A DNA stretch of 32,000 nt. It comes from Zygophlyctis sp. KS116. Its lineage: Eukaryota; Fungi; Chytridiomycota. Made by a program: the position numbers and the translations under genes. The stretch is taken from contig BAAFSQ010000003.1 of the NCBI GenBank assembly GCA_054661495.1, positions 72,579 through 104,578 of the forward strand, read 5' to 3'. Below, in pieces: positions 11,078 to 22,036 of this stretch. The notes below the pieces were generated by a model. The model was not told the origin of the DNA. It ran no database searches and saw nothing but the letters and a program-made list of their open reading frames with translations. Positions within the stretch are counted from its first letter, which is position 1, and each line of letters begins with the position of its first letter.

Positions 11078-11872
11078 TTAAGCTTTATTTGAGGCAGATT
11101 TACGAGTAGAAGACAATCTTCTTCTCATGTGGAGGGCAACCTTCTTTTCCTTCTTTTCCTTAATACGATTAGCTAATAATTTGGCATAATCAGCAGCTTC
11201 CTAATATATTAAATTTTTTTTAAAAAAATTACTTCTTTAGCCTTGACAGATGCACGCTTTTTAAGAGCCAATCGATGTCTCTTTCTTTGAAGAACAATTG
11301 GAGTGACTAAACGTTGAATTTTAGGAGCCTTTGATCTTGGCTTTTTTCCTTCTTTAGCTGGTAATTCTCTTCGAATAACATATTTTCGAACATCATCTTC
11401 TTTAGACAAATTAAACATTTTTCTAATTTTAGAAGCTCTCTTTGGACCCAATCTTTTAGGAATTGAAACATTTGTCAATCCATCAATATCTTGATCACCT
11501 TGTTTGACAACGACTAAAGAAATAGCAGAAAGATCAGGGCCAACGATACAACCTCTAACAGATTTTCTTTTTCTTTCTCCAGTACGTCTTGGACGATAAC
11601 AAGAGTGTCCCTTTGAGAGTAAAAGACGAACTCTACCAGGTGAAAGAACACCTTGTTTCATTGGGAAACCTTGCTTATCATTTCCTCCAGTAATTTTGAA
11701 GATATAACCCTTGAATTCATCACCGATGGAATCACCAGCTACTTCTTGAGCCATTCTCTTCTCATAAAAGCATCGCCTAACATTAATCAATATGATCATA
11801 CACTTTTTTCTCATCATCAATTTCAATAGACTTTTGTGCCCCAGTAGCTGGGTTGGCAATATTCAATTTCAT
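11078..11872 (-). CDS. RPS6: 40S ribosomal protein S6 (eS6)
   Basis: [14 protein letters not shown] starts at ATG 11872. Introns 11777-11801 (25 nt) and 11201-11232 (32 nt). Ends [15 protein letters not shown]. Confidence 0.97.
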
Positions 11873-11932
11873 TTTATGTTTATGTAGGGTCAAGTTTTTT
11901 TTCAGCTGCAAACAGGTTGATGTGGCGTGGGA

Positions 11933-12082
11933 CCTACCGCTTTCAACCTACATCTTTCATCCTAGATCCAGAGCCTACCGCTTTCAACCTACAGCTTTCA
12001 TCCTACAACCTACAGCCTACAGCTTTCATCCTAGAACCTTCAACCTAGGTCCAGAGCCTACAGCCTAGAACCAAAGCCTAGA
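11933..12082 (+). repeat. CCTA-rich degenerate minisatellite in the RPS6/CHO2-like divergent spacer
   Basis: 13 CCTA tetramers on one strand. A near-identical unit cctaccgctttcaacctaca(t/g)ctttcatccta occurs at 11933 and 11974 (period 41). Confidence 0.8.
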
Positions 12083-12085
12083 GGA

Positions 12086-14258
12086 ATGTTTTCAACTCAT
12101 TTACAAGTGTCCAGCGCCTTTTTGGGAATAGCCCTTGGATCCCTGGTGGATTTTAATAATTTGGCATTTATATACTGGGCTCTAGTCTTGGGAAAAGTAC
12201 TAGTGTCTTTGGATTTATCTTGTATTTCAAGGGAATTTAGATTTGAAAATTTAAAATGGAAAAATTACTCTAAATATGCATCTGAAATTATAATCAATAT
12301 TTTTCATTTCTCAATGATTATAATTATATGTCGATGTATTCAGGATCAGTGGGAGGTTCATGCTCTAATTGGAGGTGGAATAATTGTAATTGAATTATAT
12401 AGAAATAAGAATAATTTGGGTTGGTTCGTAAAGTTAGTAGGGCTGACTATAGCTCTAAATGATTGGAAAATGGGGATTTTGGCTTTAATGGCGTGTTTTA
12501 CCTTGGTTTTAGGAAATAATCCTTTAATTGATTCAAAAACAATTGGGAAAATTCATCTTGTTTCATATCCAGAATTGATTTCTGGGCTGGTAATTGGTGG
12601 TTTAGTAGGATTGTATTCACTTTTCATTAGTATTTCGATTGGAAGAGTTTCTTTCAAAGTTTTTTTCATACTGTATTTTAGGAATTAATAATTTTAGTCA
12701 ATATATGTTTTGGAGATGTATTTTATCAGTTATTTTTGGGTTTATTCTGTACTTGCAAGGGAAAACTAGGTTTTTTACAAAAGTATTTGTGCGGCATGGA
12801 TTAAATTCTAAAGTTGCACTTTCTCATTGGTTAACGTAAGATTTTAATGATTTAAAAAGAATAAGGATTTACTCATGTTCGGCAGTCATGACATTTGTTA
12901 CTTTTTGCATGGCATCTATTTATTTTTATCAACAAATGGATTCACCAATGATTATTTTATTAACGCATGGTTTAGGAACTCTTTCTATTCTAATTTATGC
13001 TCAAATGGTAATATATAAAGTCGGTAATAGTGGTGTTTCAAATCTTTTATATCATTACTTCTTTATTGTGACTGATGATTACTTATCGCCTGAAAATTAT
13101 CTAAATTTGCTTTTACCATTTTGGGGATTAGCTCTAATATCAAATGCAGTAGAAATTTATTTTCTAGCGCTTTTAAGTCAGTTTATGCATGCTTTGTTTG
13201 TATATTTTGTAGATCAACCGTACATTAAAATAATGGTAAAAGAACAAACTGTATTGGCTGATAATGTACCTTGCTCTGCTGGTGATTCTAATTCTGTTAA
13301 TTATTCTGAAGGAGCTCCTGATTCATTGTCTATAATTAAAACTGCGAGAGATATTAAGAGTAAATTATTTGCAAAAATTAAGAGAACTGGAATAGGGGAA
13401 ATAGTAAGAGATCAGATAAGATCAGACTTGTACTCTTTACAATTTCCTTTGAAAAAGGATGAACTACTTACATTTTGTTTGGGGCAGCCTATAGTAGTCG
13501 AATTTGTCGCCGTAAGAGAAACCATGAAGGCAGATGATTGGATTGGAATACATGGTGTGACGCATAATCTATACAAAGAAATAACAACTTCTGGATGTGG
13601 TGAAAATTGGTCTTATGTATCTGGAAAGCAAACTTTACGAGAAGAAAATGACCTGGAAACTTCTGAAAGTTTATCTTTTCATTCGCTTTCGAATTCTACC
13701 TTTGGCACTACATCCTTAAAAATGATACGATGCCCTGGAGAACCAGGTCTACGTCTAGTAAAGGGAATGCTTACTTTTAAAGGAGATTTAATTCCTTGGA
13801 AGGTTGGCGTATATGAGGCCCGTTATCATTTCAATGGCCAACATACTTGCATCGTCGTTAGCAGGCCTTTTGAAATAGTACCATGGGAAAATGAGAAACT
13901 TGAAGATAGCTTGGATGATAATCTAATATTGTCAAATGGAATTGAACGTGGAGAGTATTTACTAATGAAAATTGTAGCGTGCTGCATCAATATTTATGGA
14001 TCAAATCTTGAGCTGTCGAGATCATGTGATTTTTTCAAGTTTGCTTCACATAATCACCAAGTCACTGGATATACTTTAGATAAATTCGAAAAATGCTGTG
14101 AAAGACTGGTTTATTGTATTAAACAAAGTTTTGGAGTAGGGTTTTCTTGGACAATATTTAGGTCTGTCAGAAGCATTGATAAATTATGGAAAAAAATTGA
14201 GGAGGCAAAAGTATCAATTTCTTGCATTGATGTGCCAGAAGAACTAGTATTACGTTAA
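12086..14258 (+). CDS. CHO2: Divergent phosphatidylethanolamine N-methyltransferase Cho2/Pem1-like membrane protein
   Basis: Introns 12673-12697 and 12836-12865 (or -12859). Multiple transmembrane segments, then a Cho2-type C-terminal domain (LGQPIVV..DWIGI..FKGDLIPWKVGVYEARYH..PFEI). Confidence 0.75.
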
Positions 14259-14364
14259 TATGGAGCGATTAGTGTTTCATATTAGGAAGATTTTCCCGTT
14301 TCAAGCTTGAAACATTCCTTTAGCTGAGTTTGGGTTTGAGCAAATTTTCATCACTGAACTAAAA

Positions 14365-16165
14365 ATGATTCACTCTCTGATAATCATGTTCAATCTATTC
14401 TTTAGACTGCATGCCCATGGTGATCATTCAATTGGAGCACATACTGGCGAAGAGGAATTGGGCTACTATGATCGGATCCCTGATGATGCATTTTCTAAAA
14501 CTGCATCAGGAGAACTGGTTGGATCAATAAATTTCAAAAAGAGGTATATTTGTGTCTACTGATTAATTTAGGTCACTCCCTATTAAACTATGGAAAAATG
14601 ATCTGGATCAAACTAATCAAACTACTAATCATATCTTAATGTCTGGTGTAGTGACAGATATTCCTGGTTCTTATATCAGAATGAGTGCTTTTAATAATAC
14701 AATTGAAGGAATGATATCACTTCCAAAAAGAGGAATAATAAGAGTGGCGCTAGCGTCCAGATATAATAATATTAATGGAAATTCAAAAACGATTGCATAC
14801 CATTCAAATGATTTGTTACATTTATCTAAAAGATCATTATCTCATTCTGAATTCTGGAAGCCATTGGATTCTCATTTAGAGAAGCGGGGTCTAGGGAGGA
14901 GACAATGTCGACCAAGAGTGCTTATTGCAGCTGATATTTCGGAACATCCAATGTCAAAGATTGAAACTAGCAATCAGCATCTTAATCATAATCAACAGCA
15001 ATCACAAAGAAATTCACAGTCGGCCCTGCCTATCGTCAGTAAGGTGGAAGGAATTGTTATAAAACAGCAGGTAGGAACCACTGCACAGTATCAAGGAGGT
15101 CAGCAGCAACCAAATTATCAGCCTCCTCCTCAGCAGCAACAGCCTCGGTATCAGTACCCACAACAACAGCAACCTCAGCAGCCTCAACAGCAACAGCCTC
15201 GGTATCAGTATCCGCAACAACAGCAACCCCAGCAACCTCAACAGCAACAGCCTCGGTATCAGTATCCTCAAAAGCAGCAGCCTCAGCAACCTCAGCAGCA
15301 GCAACCGAGATATCAATATCCACAACAGCAGACTCCCCGTAGTTCTCAACAGCAGCCTCAACAAGCAGTTAGATATACGCAATATGCTAGTGGGACGAGT
15401 GCTGCAACATCACGATTGACAAGCTGCAATGCCGGACTCATTGCCGACTATTCATTCTATTTGCAACATCGAAATCAACCTGGAGGAATTGAGGCATATA
15501 TGCAGTCGCTTTTTAACGAAGTATCTGGTCATTTCTATTCTCAAACTGGAGTTTCACTTAGGATCAAGTATATGTATGTGATAAAGAATCCAAATGATGG
15601 GTCTGGTCTAGGCTATAATTATGCGGATCCTTCCTCTTCTGTATCTTATATTAATTCAAAATCCGCGAAACTCCCTGGATTTAATGCTGAAGATTTATGT
15701 GTTGTACATATTTTATCTTCAGCAAAATTCACTCAGCAGGCTGTTGGAGTCGCATTTATTGGATCAGTATGTAGTCCTGGAGCAAATGCTGGAATCGCTT
15801 CTGATAATTATGGAAAACTATCTAGATCAGACTATACTTCAGTTATAATGCATGAAATTGGGCATGTTTTTGGCAGGTAATTTATATTTAGAAATTTAAA
15901 TTTTAGTGCGCATGACACTTCATTTCCTTCAGAAAAACAGATTTGCATTCCTCAGACAAACAAATATGTAATGTATCCATCTGTACAAGGTGGTTCTGCA
16001 AATGCCCACAGATTTTCTCCGTGTTCTCTCCGATCCATTCAACGCACAATATCTAATCCTAAAAAGCAATGCTGGAATCTAAGTGGACAAAGAATTAGAC
16101 CTGGAGCAAAGTTTGCATCTGCAAAGTCTGAAATGATTGTTGATTATCTTAAATATGATCTTTAA
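14365..16165 (+). CDS. Secreted reprolysin/ADAM-type (M12B) zinc metalloprotease with Q/P repeat linker
   Basis: Introns 14544-14571 and 15877-15906. Splicing completes HEIGHVFGSAHD, followed by the Met-turn YVMYP and FSPCS. GVAFIGSVC is also present. Confidence 0.88.
15101..15365 (+). repeat. Coding tandem repeat, 54-nt unit encoding QQQQPRYQYPQQQQPQQP
   Basis: PRYQYP occurs four times at 18-codon spacing, with synonymous CAA/CAG variation. Confidence 0.92.
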
Positions 16166-16220
16166 AACGTCACTAATTTCGTAAATTTTTTCCTAATACG
16201 TCATTTCCCGGCATTCCAAT

Positions 16221-17072
16221 ATGCGAGAGAAAAGACTTTCAACTGCAGACTTGGAGGATCGGTTCCATACTTTTAAGGAAGAAGTCAAAAAGACGGGAAA
16301 ATATAATGAGAATGAGCATACTGATTATATTTTACATCGATTTCTAAGGGCCCGGAAATCTGATGTCTCCAAAGCTATGGTCATGTTTTCAGACTACTTA
16401 GAATGGAGAAAAGAAGCTCAAGTAGATGATATTGTTCAAAATTATTCATTTCCTGAAGCATCAAAGGTAGCAGAAATATATCCACGATTCTACCATAAAA
16501 CCGACAAGTTCGGCCGTCCAGTTTATTTTGAAATTCTTGGCAAAATGCATGTGGACGCATTATTCTCTGTAACTACTTCAGAACGTCTTATAAAGGGATA
16601 TATTAGAGAATATGAGAAATTATTAAATTACAGATTTGTGGCATGTGGACTAAAAGTAGGAAAGCATTTGGAACAAGGTTGCAGTATTTTAGATCTTAAA
16701 GGAGTTCCATTAAGTCAGTTTAATCAAGTCAGGAAAGTTGTACAACAAGTATCATCAGTTGCCCAAAATTATTACCCTGAAACTCTGGGGAAAATGTTTA
16801 TTATTAATGCTCCATTTCTGTTTAAAGGAATTTGGTCAATGATCAAACCAATGTTGGATGAAAATACAGTCTCAAAGATTTCAGTTTTAGGATCTAATTA
16901 TGAAGCTGATCTACTGGAAGTTATTGATAAAAACAACCTTCCGTCATCATATGGAGGCACATGTAAATGTGCAGGAGGATGTAATAGCTCTGATACAGGT
17001 CCTTGGAATGATAAATCAGTCCCAGGCTATCCAATCGCCTTTTGGGAAGATTTTAAGAAGCGAGACGTGTAG
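16221..17072 (+). CDS. SEC14: Sec14 phosphatidylinositol/phosphatidylcholine transfer protein
   Basis: RFLRARK, YPRFYHKTDKFGRPVY, QNYYPETLGKMFIINAP and SDTGPW motifs. Confidence 0.95.
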   Translation: MREKRLSTADLEDRFHTFKEEVKKTGKYNENEHTDYILHRFLRARKSDVSKAMVMFSDYLEWRKEAQVDDIVQNYSFPEASKVAEIYPRFYHKTDKFGRPVYFEILGKMHVDALFSVTTSERLIKGYIREYEKLLNYRFVACGLKVGKHLEQGCSILDLKGVPLSQFNQVRKVVQQVSSVAQNYYPETLGKMFIINAPFLFKGIWSMIKPMLDENTVSKISVLGSNYEADLLEVIDKNNLPSSYGGTCKCAGGCNSSDTGPWNDKSVPGYPIAFWEDFKKRDV

Positions 17073-17099
17073 CATACTTTAGGAAAATAATATTCCAAA

Positions 17100-17791
17100 A
17101 TGATTGGATTTTTACTTCATTCAAGTAGAAAAAAAATTGAGGCTTCATATCCACCATTTGATGAATCGCTTGAGAACGTAATATTTTAGCTCCTAAAGTA
17201 CTTTAGGGACTCTTGCAACTAAAGTCTGATATACGCGATCAAAATCAAAGTCAATCCATCCTAATTCTAGAATCTATGGATTCATCATCTGTCCATGAGA
17301 TTATTCCAGAGAAAAATGCAGATAATTTGGCTGATAATATTCCAGAAACTATTGTTAAAAGTATGGTAATTATTGAAGATAATCTGGGTGAAAATGTATC
17401 TGCGCGATCTCAAAGAAGATCAGAAATCAGACATTGCAACCAAAACTCTATTGAAACAAGAACAATCCTAGATCTGCCTAAAAAGACTACATACAAATCT
17501 TTAGATCCAGAAATCAGATCATCAAAAGATGCCAACCATCAGGTTACAGATTTCAAATCTCCAGTAGTCGAAATATCAAGACCGTTCATAGTAATCATTT
17601 ACCGTTATTAATTCTAGAAATCGTCGGATCTTGCTAAAATCTATCAATTCAATCAACTATTGGGTAAATTTGAAAAATATGGATTTCAGTCCAAATTAGA
17701 TGATACGATTGTTAAATATTCTCAAAGCGTTGCATTATCTAAAATTTCTAAATTATTGCATATCATTTACCAAGTTAAAAATCACAAATAA
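17100..17791 (+). CDS. Hypothetical protein (about 211 aa)
   Basis: ATG 17100. Introns 17178-17206 and 17591-17617 are both phase 0 and join open frames to TAA 17789-17791. No motif recognised. Confidence 0.5.
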
Positions 17792-17847
17792 TTTGAAGTT
17801 TTAATGCACTTTTGCTTTGTTTGAGCCTGACGTAACCGTTTTTGACA

Positions 17848-18682
17848 ATGGAAAGCTGCAGTTCTGATGCTTGTCTAGCATTGACTCAACATGTTATCCC
17901 AATTATGTACGATACATTTTATAATTATAGGGGTATATTAACGTCCATTGGCATTGCATTATCATCATGGACTGCCATCCAGGAAATAATTAAAACTCAA
18001 AATCTTGGGAATTTTGATTCTGTTCCCAATGCTATGCTATTTATTAACAGTTTCTCTTGGTTTTTATATGGAATCTTTGTCAAAAAGCCTTATGTTACAT
18101 TTCCAAATGTCATTGGAGTACAATTCATGTTATACTATATAATGTCTACTTATCATTTGCATTCACCCGATAAACGAAAGCTGATTAGAAATATATTTAT
18201 GGGCGGTTTTATGATTGTCATGTCTATAGGAATGATTGCTTTTATTGGAATATATGATACTGATAGAGTTCCAACTCAAGAAGATTTAAATCACTCAAAG
18301 AATTTACTTGGAGTTTCTTCAGTCTTGATCTTGATGGTGTTTTACAGTAGCCCACTTGCAAATTTAGTACAAGTTATTAGAAAAAAAGATGCTAGTTCAT
18401 TAAATCTTTCTTTGGCGATTGCTAGTGGGATTAATGGAGCGTTATGGACAACTTATGGGTTCGCGATTGCTGATCCGGTACTTACTATTATCTAAACTGT
18501 AGTTTGTGTTTCTCCCAAATTTTCTGGGTATTGTGTCATCAGTGATTCAAATACTTGTCAAGCTTTCAATGAAATCAAATCAGGAACCTACTGCTTCAAC
18601 ATATCACGTCTTGAAAGAAGATATATCCACTAGTGAAGCATTTACTATGAAGGCAGTTTCATTGGAAACTACAGATCCTTAG
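17848..18682 (+). CDS. SWEET: SWEET (MtN3/saliva) sugar transporter, copy A
   Basis: Two MtN3 repeats (WFLYG..FPN; FYSSPL..VIRKKD..WTTYG..DPFVFLPN). Introns 17907-17930 (in frame) and 18478-18502. Confidence 0.92.
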
Positions 18683-18885
18683 AGAATTAAGATTATAAAA
18701 AAAGGATTTTTGTGATTTTAATGAATGGTTATTCTTGATCTGAATTCACAAGTTTCCAAGTAGACAGACTAAAGCATGATCCACTCGGAGGGGAAGTAGA
18801 AATACGTCATACAGCGATTTCATACCAAGGTATCAGAAGAATGTTTTATTAATGATCTAGTTTAAAAAGAGATATTGAGATTGAA

Positions 18886-19682
18886 ATGGAAAACTGCAAT
18901 TCTGAAACTTGTTTGTTGGTAACGCATCATGTCATTCCAATCATGTAAGTATGATCTTCTTGGTCAATATTTTAGAGGGATTCTAACATCATTGGCTATA
19001 AAACTATCATCATGGGCTCCAGTCAAGGAGGTTATTAAAACTCAAAATCTTGGGTCGTTTAATACAGTTCCGAATGCAATGCTCATGATTAACAGCATGT
19101 CTTGGTTTCTATACGGGCTATTTATCAGAAATCCATATATTTCATTTCCTGGTATTTTAGGAGTACAATTCATGTTATACTATATAATGTCTACTTATCA
19201 TTTGCATTCACCAGATAAACGAAACCTGATCAGAAATATATTTATGTTTGGATTTCTGTTTATAATGTCAATCGGGATGATTGCCTTTATTGGAATATAC
19301 AACCCAGATAGAAACACATCCCTAGAAGATTTTATAAAGGCAAAGAACTTGCTTGGCGTTTCTTCAATCTTAATATTAACGGCATTTTATACTAGTCCGC
19401 TTCTTAATATGATGCAAGTTATAAAGACAAGAGATACAAGTTCTATTAATATTTATTTAGCAATTGCTTTGGGGATTAATGGCTCATTATGGACAACATA
19501 CGGGTTTGCAATTGATGATCCAGTACTTAAATTTATCTAACCTGTAGTTTGTCTATTTACCCAACATCCCTGCAATAATATCTTCAATCATACAACTAAT
19601 AGTCAAATCTTCAATTAAATCGGGCAAAAAAACGCAAAAATCAGATAAACCAAGTACTTCTTCAATTAATGTAGTTTATTAG
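18886..19682 (+). CDS. SWEET: SWEET (MtN3/saliva) sugar transporter, copy B
   Basis: Tandem paralogue of copy A. Introns 18945-18975 and 19523-19547 are at the same positions as in copy A. Confidence 0.9.
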
Positions 19683-19745
19683 TCATTACGGAAATAAATA
19701 AGCTAGGTACTTACAAATTCAGATGATTAAGGCCAATTTGAAAAT

Positions 19746-20603
19746 CTAATCCAATTTCCAGTTTATAGGAGTTTTACCATTTTTCAAGAGATATTCATTT
19801 GCTTTACTAAAATGCTTACATCCCCACCATCCACCTTTATTTGCTCCTAACGGTGACGGATGCGTAGCTTTCAATACTAAATGTCTGCTCTAAAATTGAG
19901 AAAGAAGTAATTACAGTTGAAATCATTGAACCTTTCTTTTGCGCAAAACCACCCCAAAGCATAAATACCAATCCTGAACTAGACTTATTGAAATGCGAAA
20001 TAATTGCATCAGTGAATGTCATCCATCCACATTTAGCATGAGAATTGGCTTCACTTTTGCGAACAGTCAACGATGCATTAAGTAAAAGTACACCTTCATC
20101 AGCCCATTTCGAAAGATCACCATATTTTGGAATACTAAAGTCTGTAATATCATTATTTAATTCCTTGTAAATATTGATAAGTGAAGGAGGTGGAGGAACT
20201 GGCTTTTTGACTGAAAAGCATAACCCATGAGCTTGATTTGGTCCATGATAAGGATCCTGTCCCAATATTATCACTTTAACGCTTGAAAGTGGAGTCATAC
20301 GCGTGAACGAGTAGCTATAATCAACAATTTCAAGCATACACATCTTGTAATGGAGGAAAAATCGTTTTCCCCTGTTTAATTTCAGCAGTAAGAAAAGAAA
20401 TAATCTAGCATTAAATTATAAATCAACCTTTTTAAAGTATTCTTTTCCAAATTCCTTTGCAAAGGCCTGCAGCCAGTCATCAGCCATGGTTGATTGAAGG
20501 CTATCAACATTCTTATTATTAATCAAAAAGAGAATACAATGTCTTTATTATCTTCCAGTAAACTCAACTTCAATTTCTTTTGACAAGGCTGATCAATCGT
20601 CAT
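19746..20603 (-). CDS. UNG: Uracil-DNA glycosylase, family 1
   Basis: GQDPYH, GVLLLN and HPSPL motifs. Introns 20512-20537, 20405-20427, 20315-20339 and 19890-19914. The start is 20603, or alternatively 20488. Confidence 0.95.
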
Positions 20604-21974
20604 TCAAATTGCCGGCAAAACAACGCCAAAAGATTCACCAAACCCGATTCGTGTCGTTCCGTTTGACCAATAACCTTTTAAAATCAGCTCATCTCCATCT
20701 TCTAAGAATGTTCGATCTTTCCCATTAATAGTCAATGGTCGAGAACCATTCCAAGTGATTTCCAAAAGACTTCCCAACGAATCATCCGTTGGACCAGATA
20801 TGGTTCCAGTTGCTAAAAGATCCCCAGTTCTCATATTACATCCGTTAACAGTATGATGAGCAAGCTGTTGCTTAAATGTCCAATACATGTATTTTAGATT
20901 GGATCGAGAAATCGTTTGAGCTTCAGAATTATCTTTGGCTAAAAATCAGTATCAGCTTTAAAATAAAATACACTTTAAAATCACATCCAAATTAATATCA
21001 TAAGCATCATTGGTAGAATTCTTATCCACCAAGTAATCTGATGGAATGGGATTTTGAATTGGAGCAGGAACTCTAGCACATTCCAAAGCATCCAAAGTAA
21101 CAACCCAAGGAGAAATTGTAGTTCCAAAATTCTTTCCCAAAAATGGACCTAATGGAACATATTCATACGCTTGAACATCGCGAGCAGACCAATCATTCAT
21201 TACAACAACCCCAAAAATATGATCTTCTGCGTCAGAAATGTTTATAGGCTTTCCTAATTCATTTCCAGTCCCAATCTATAATATTAGTCTTATTATGTCA
21301 TAATACAAGAAAAGCAACCTCTAGTTCAAAGTCAAGTTTTTTGCAAACTGAATACTCTGGTTTCTTTGTAATTGGATCTAATACCATTCCATGAGGACGA
21401 GTAATTGGCGTTCCAGACACAACAACTGATGAGGCACGTCCGTGATAACCAATAGGAATATGAACCCAATTAGGCTGCAAGGCATTATCCTTTCCTCTTT
21501 AAATTAGAAATCATATGCCTACCTAAACATGGTGCCAACATTTGTTGCATGTTCTTTTGAGCTATAGAAATCCGTATAATCTCCAATTTCAGCTGGCATA
21601 TGATATTTCACTTGATTTAGTGGAATCAATGCCGCCTTTAATAATGAATCATTGGATGATAATCTTGGATCAGATCCATTAATCAATTTTTGCAAAAGAC
21701 CTCTGGCTTCTCTCCAGGCCGATCGACCCATTGCCATAAAAGCATTTAGATTTTTCTTGATATTATTTATAAAATTTATTACCATTCTAAAAACAGTTTC
21801 TGCTTTAGATTTTAATATTGGGCCATTAAATAGGTGAGCAATCTTTGATAAATCTAGCGCATAGTCACCAATCGCAGTAGCAGGACGGGGATTTGGATCT
21901 GCAGCAGTAGAAATAATACCAAATGGAATATTTTCTATTGGAAAATCAGAATCTTTTGAAACTTGAATGATCAT
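20604..21974 (-). CDS. FAH: Fumarylacetoacetase
   Basis: [46 protein letters not shown] and GTISGP motifs. Introns 21756-21782, 21497-21522, 21276-21306 and 20939-20971. Confidence 0.96.
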
Positions 21975-22036
21975 TTGACAGTTTGCTTAGGGGCTTATAA
22001 CCTCGTGCACAGACGAATTACGTTTAGAGTCTGAAC

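Noticed and set aside
11853-12068. 71-aa ORF across the CCTA repeat
   Set aside because: It has a non-ATG start, overlaps the RPS6 start antisense, and is open only because of low-complexity repeats.
11933-12082. CRISPR array or true telomere
   Set aside because: There are no unique spacers and the context is eukaryotic. The units are irregular and internal to the contig.
15014-15382. Antisense Leu-rich and Ala/Val-rich ORFs
   Set aside because: These are shadows of the CAG/CAA repeat in the protease.
18683-18885. Possible snoRNA or snRNA in the 200-nt spacer between the SWEET genes
   Set aside because: No convincing paired C/D or H/ACA boxes and no snRNA motif seen; more likely the copy B promoter.
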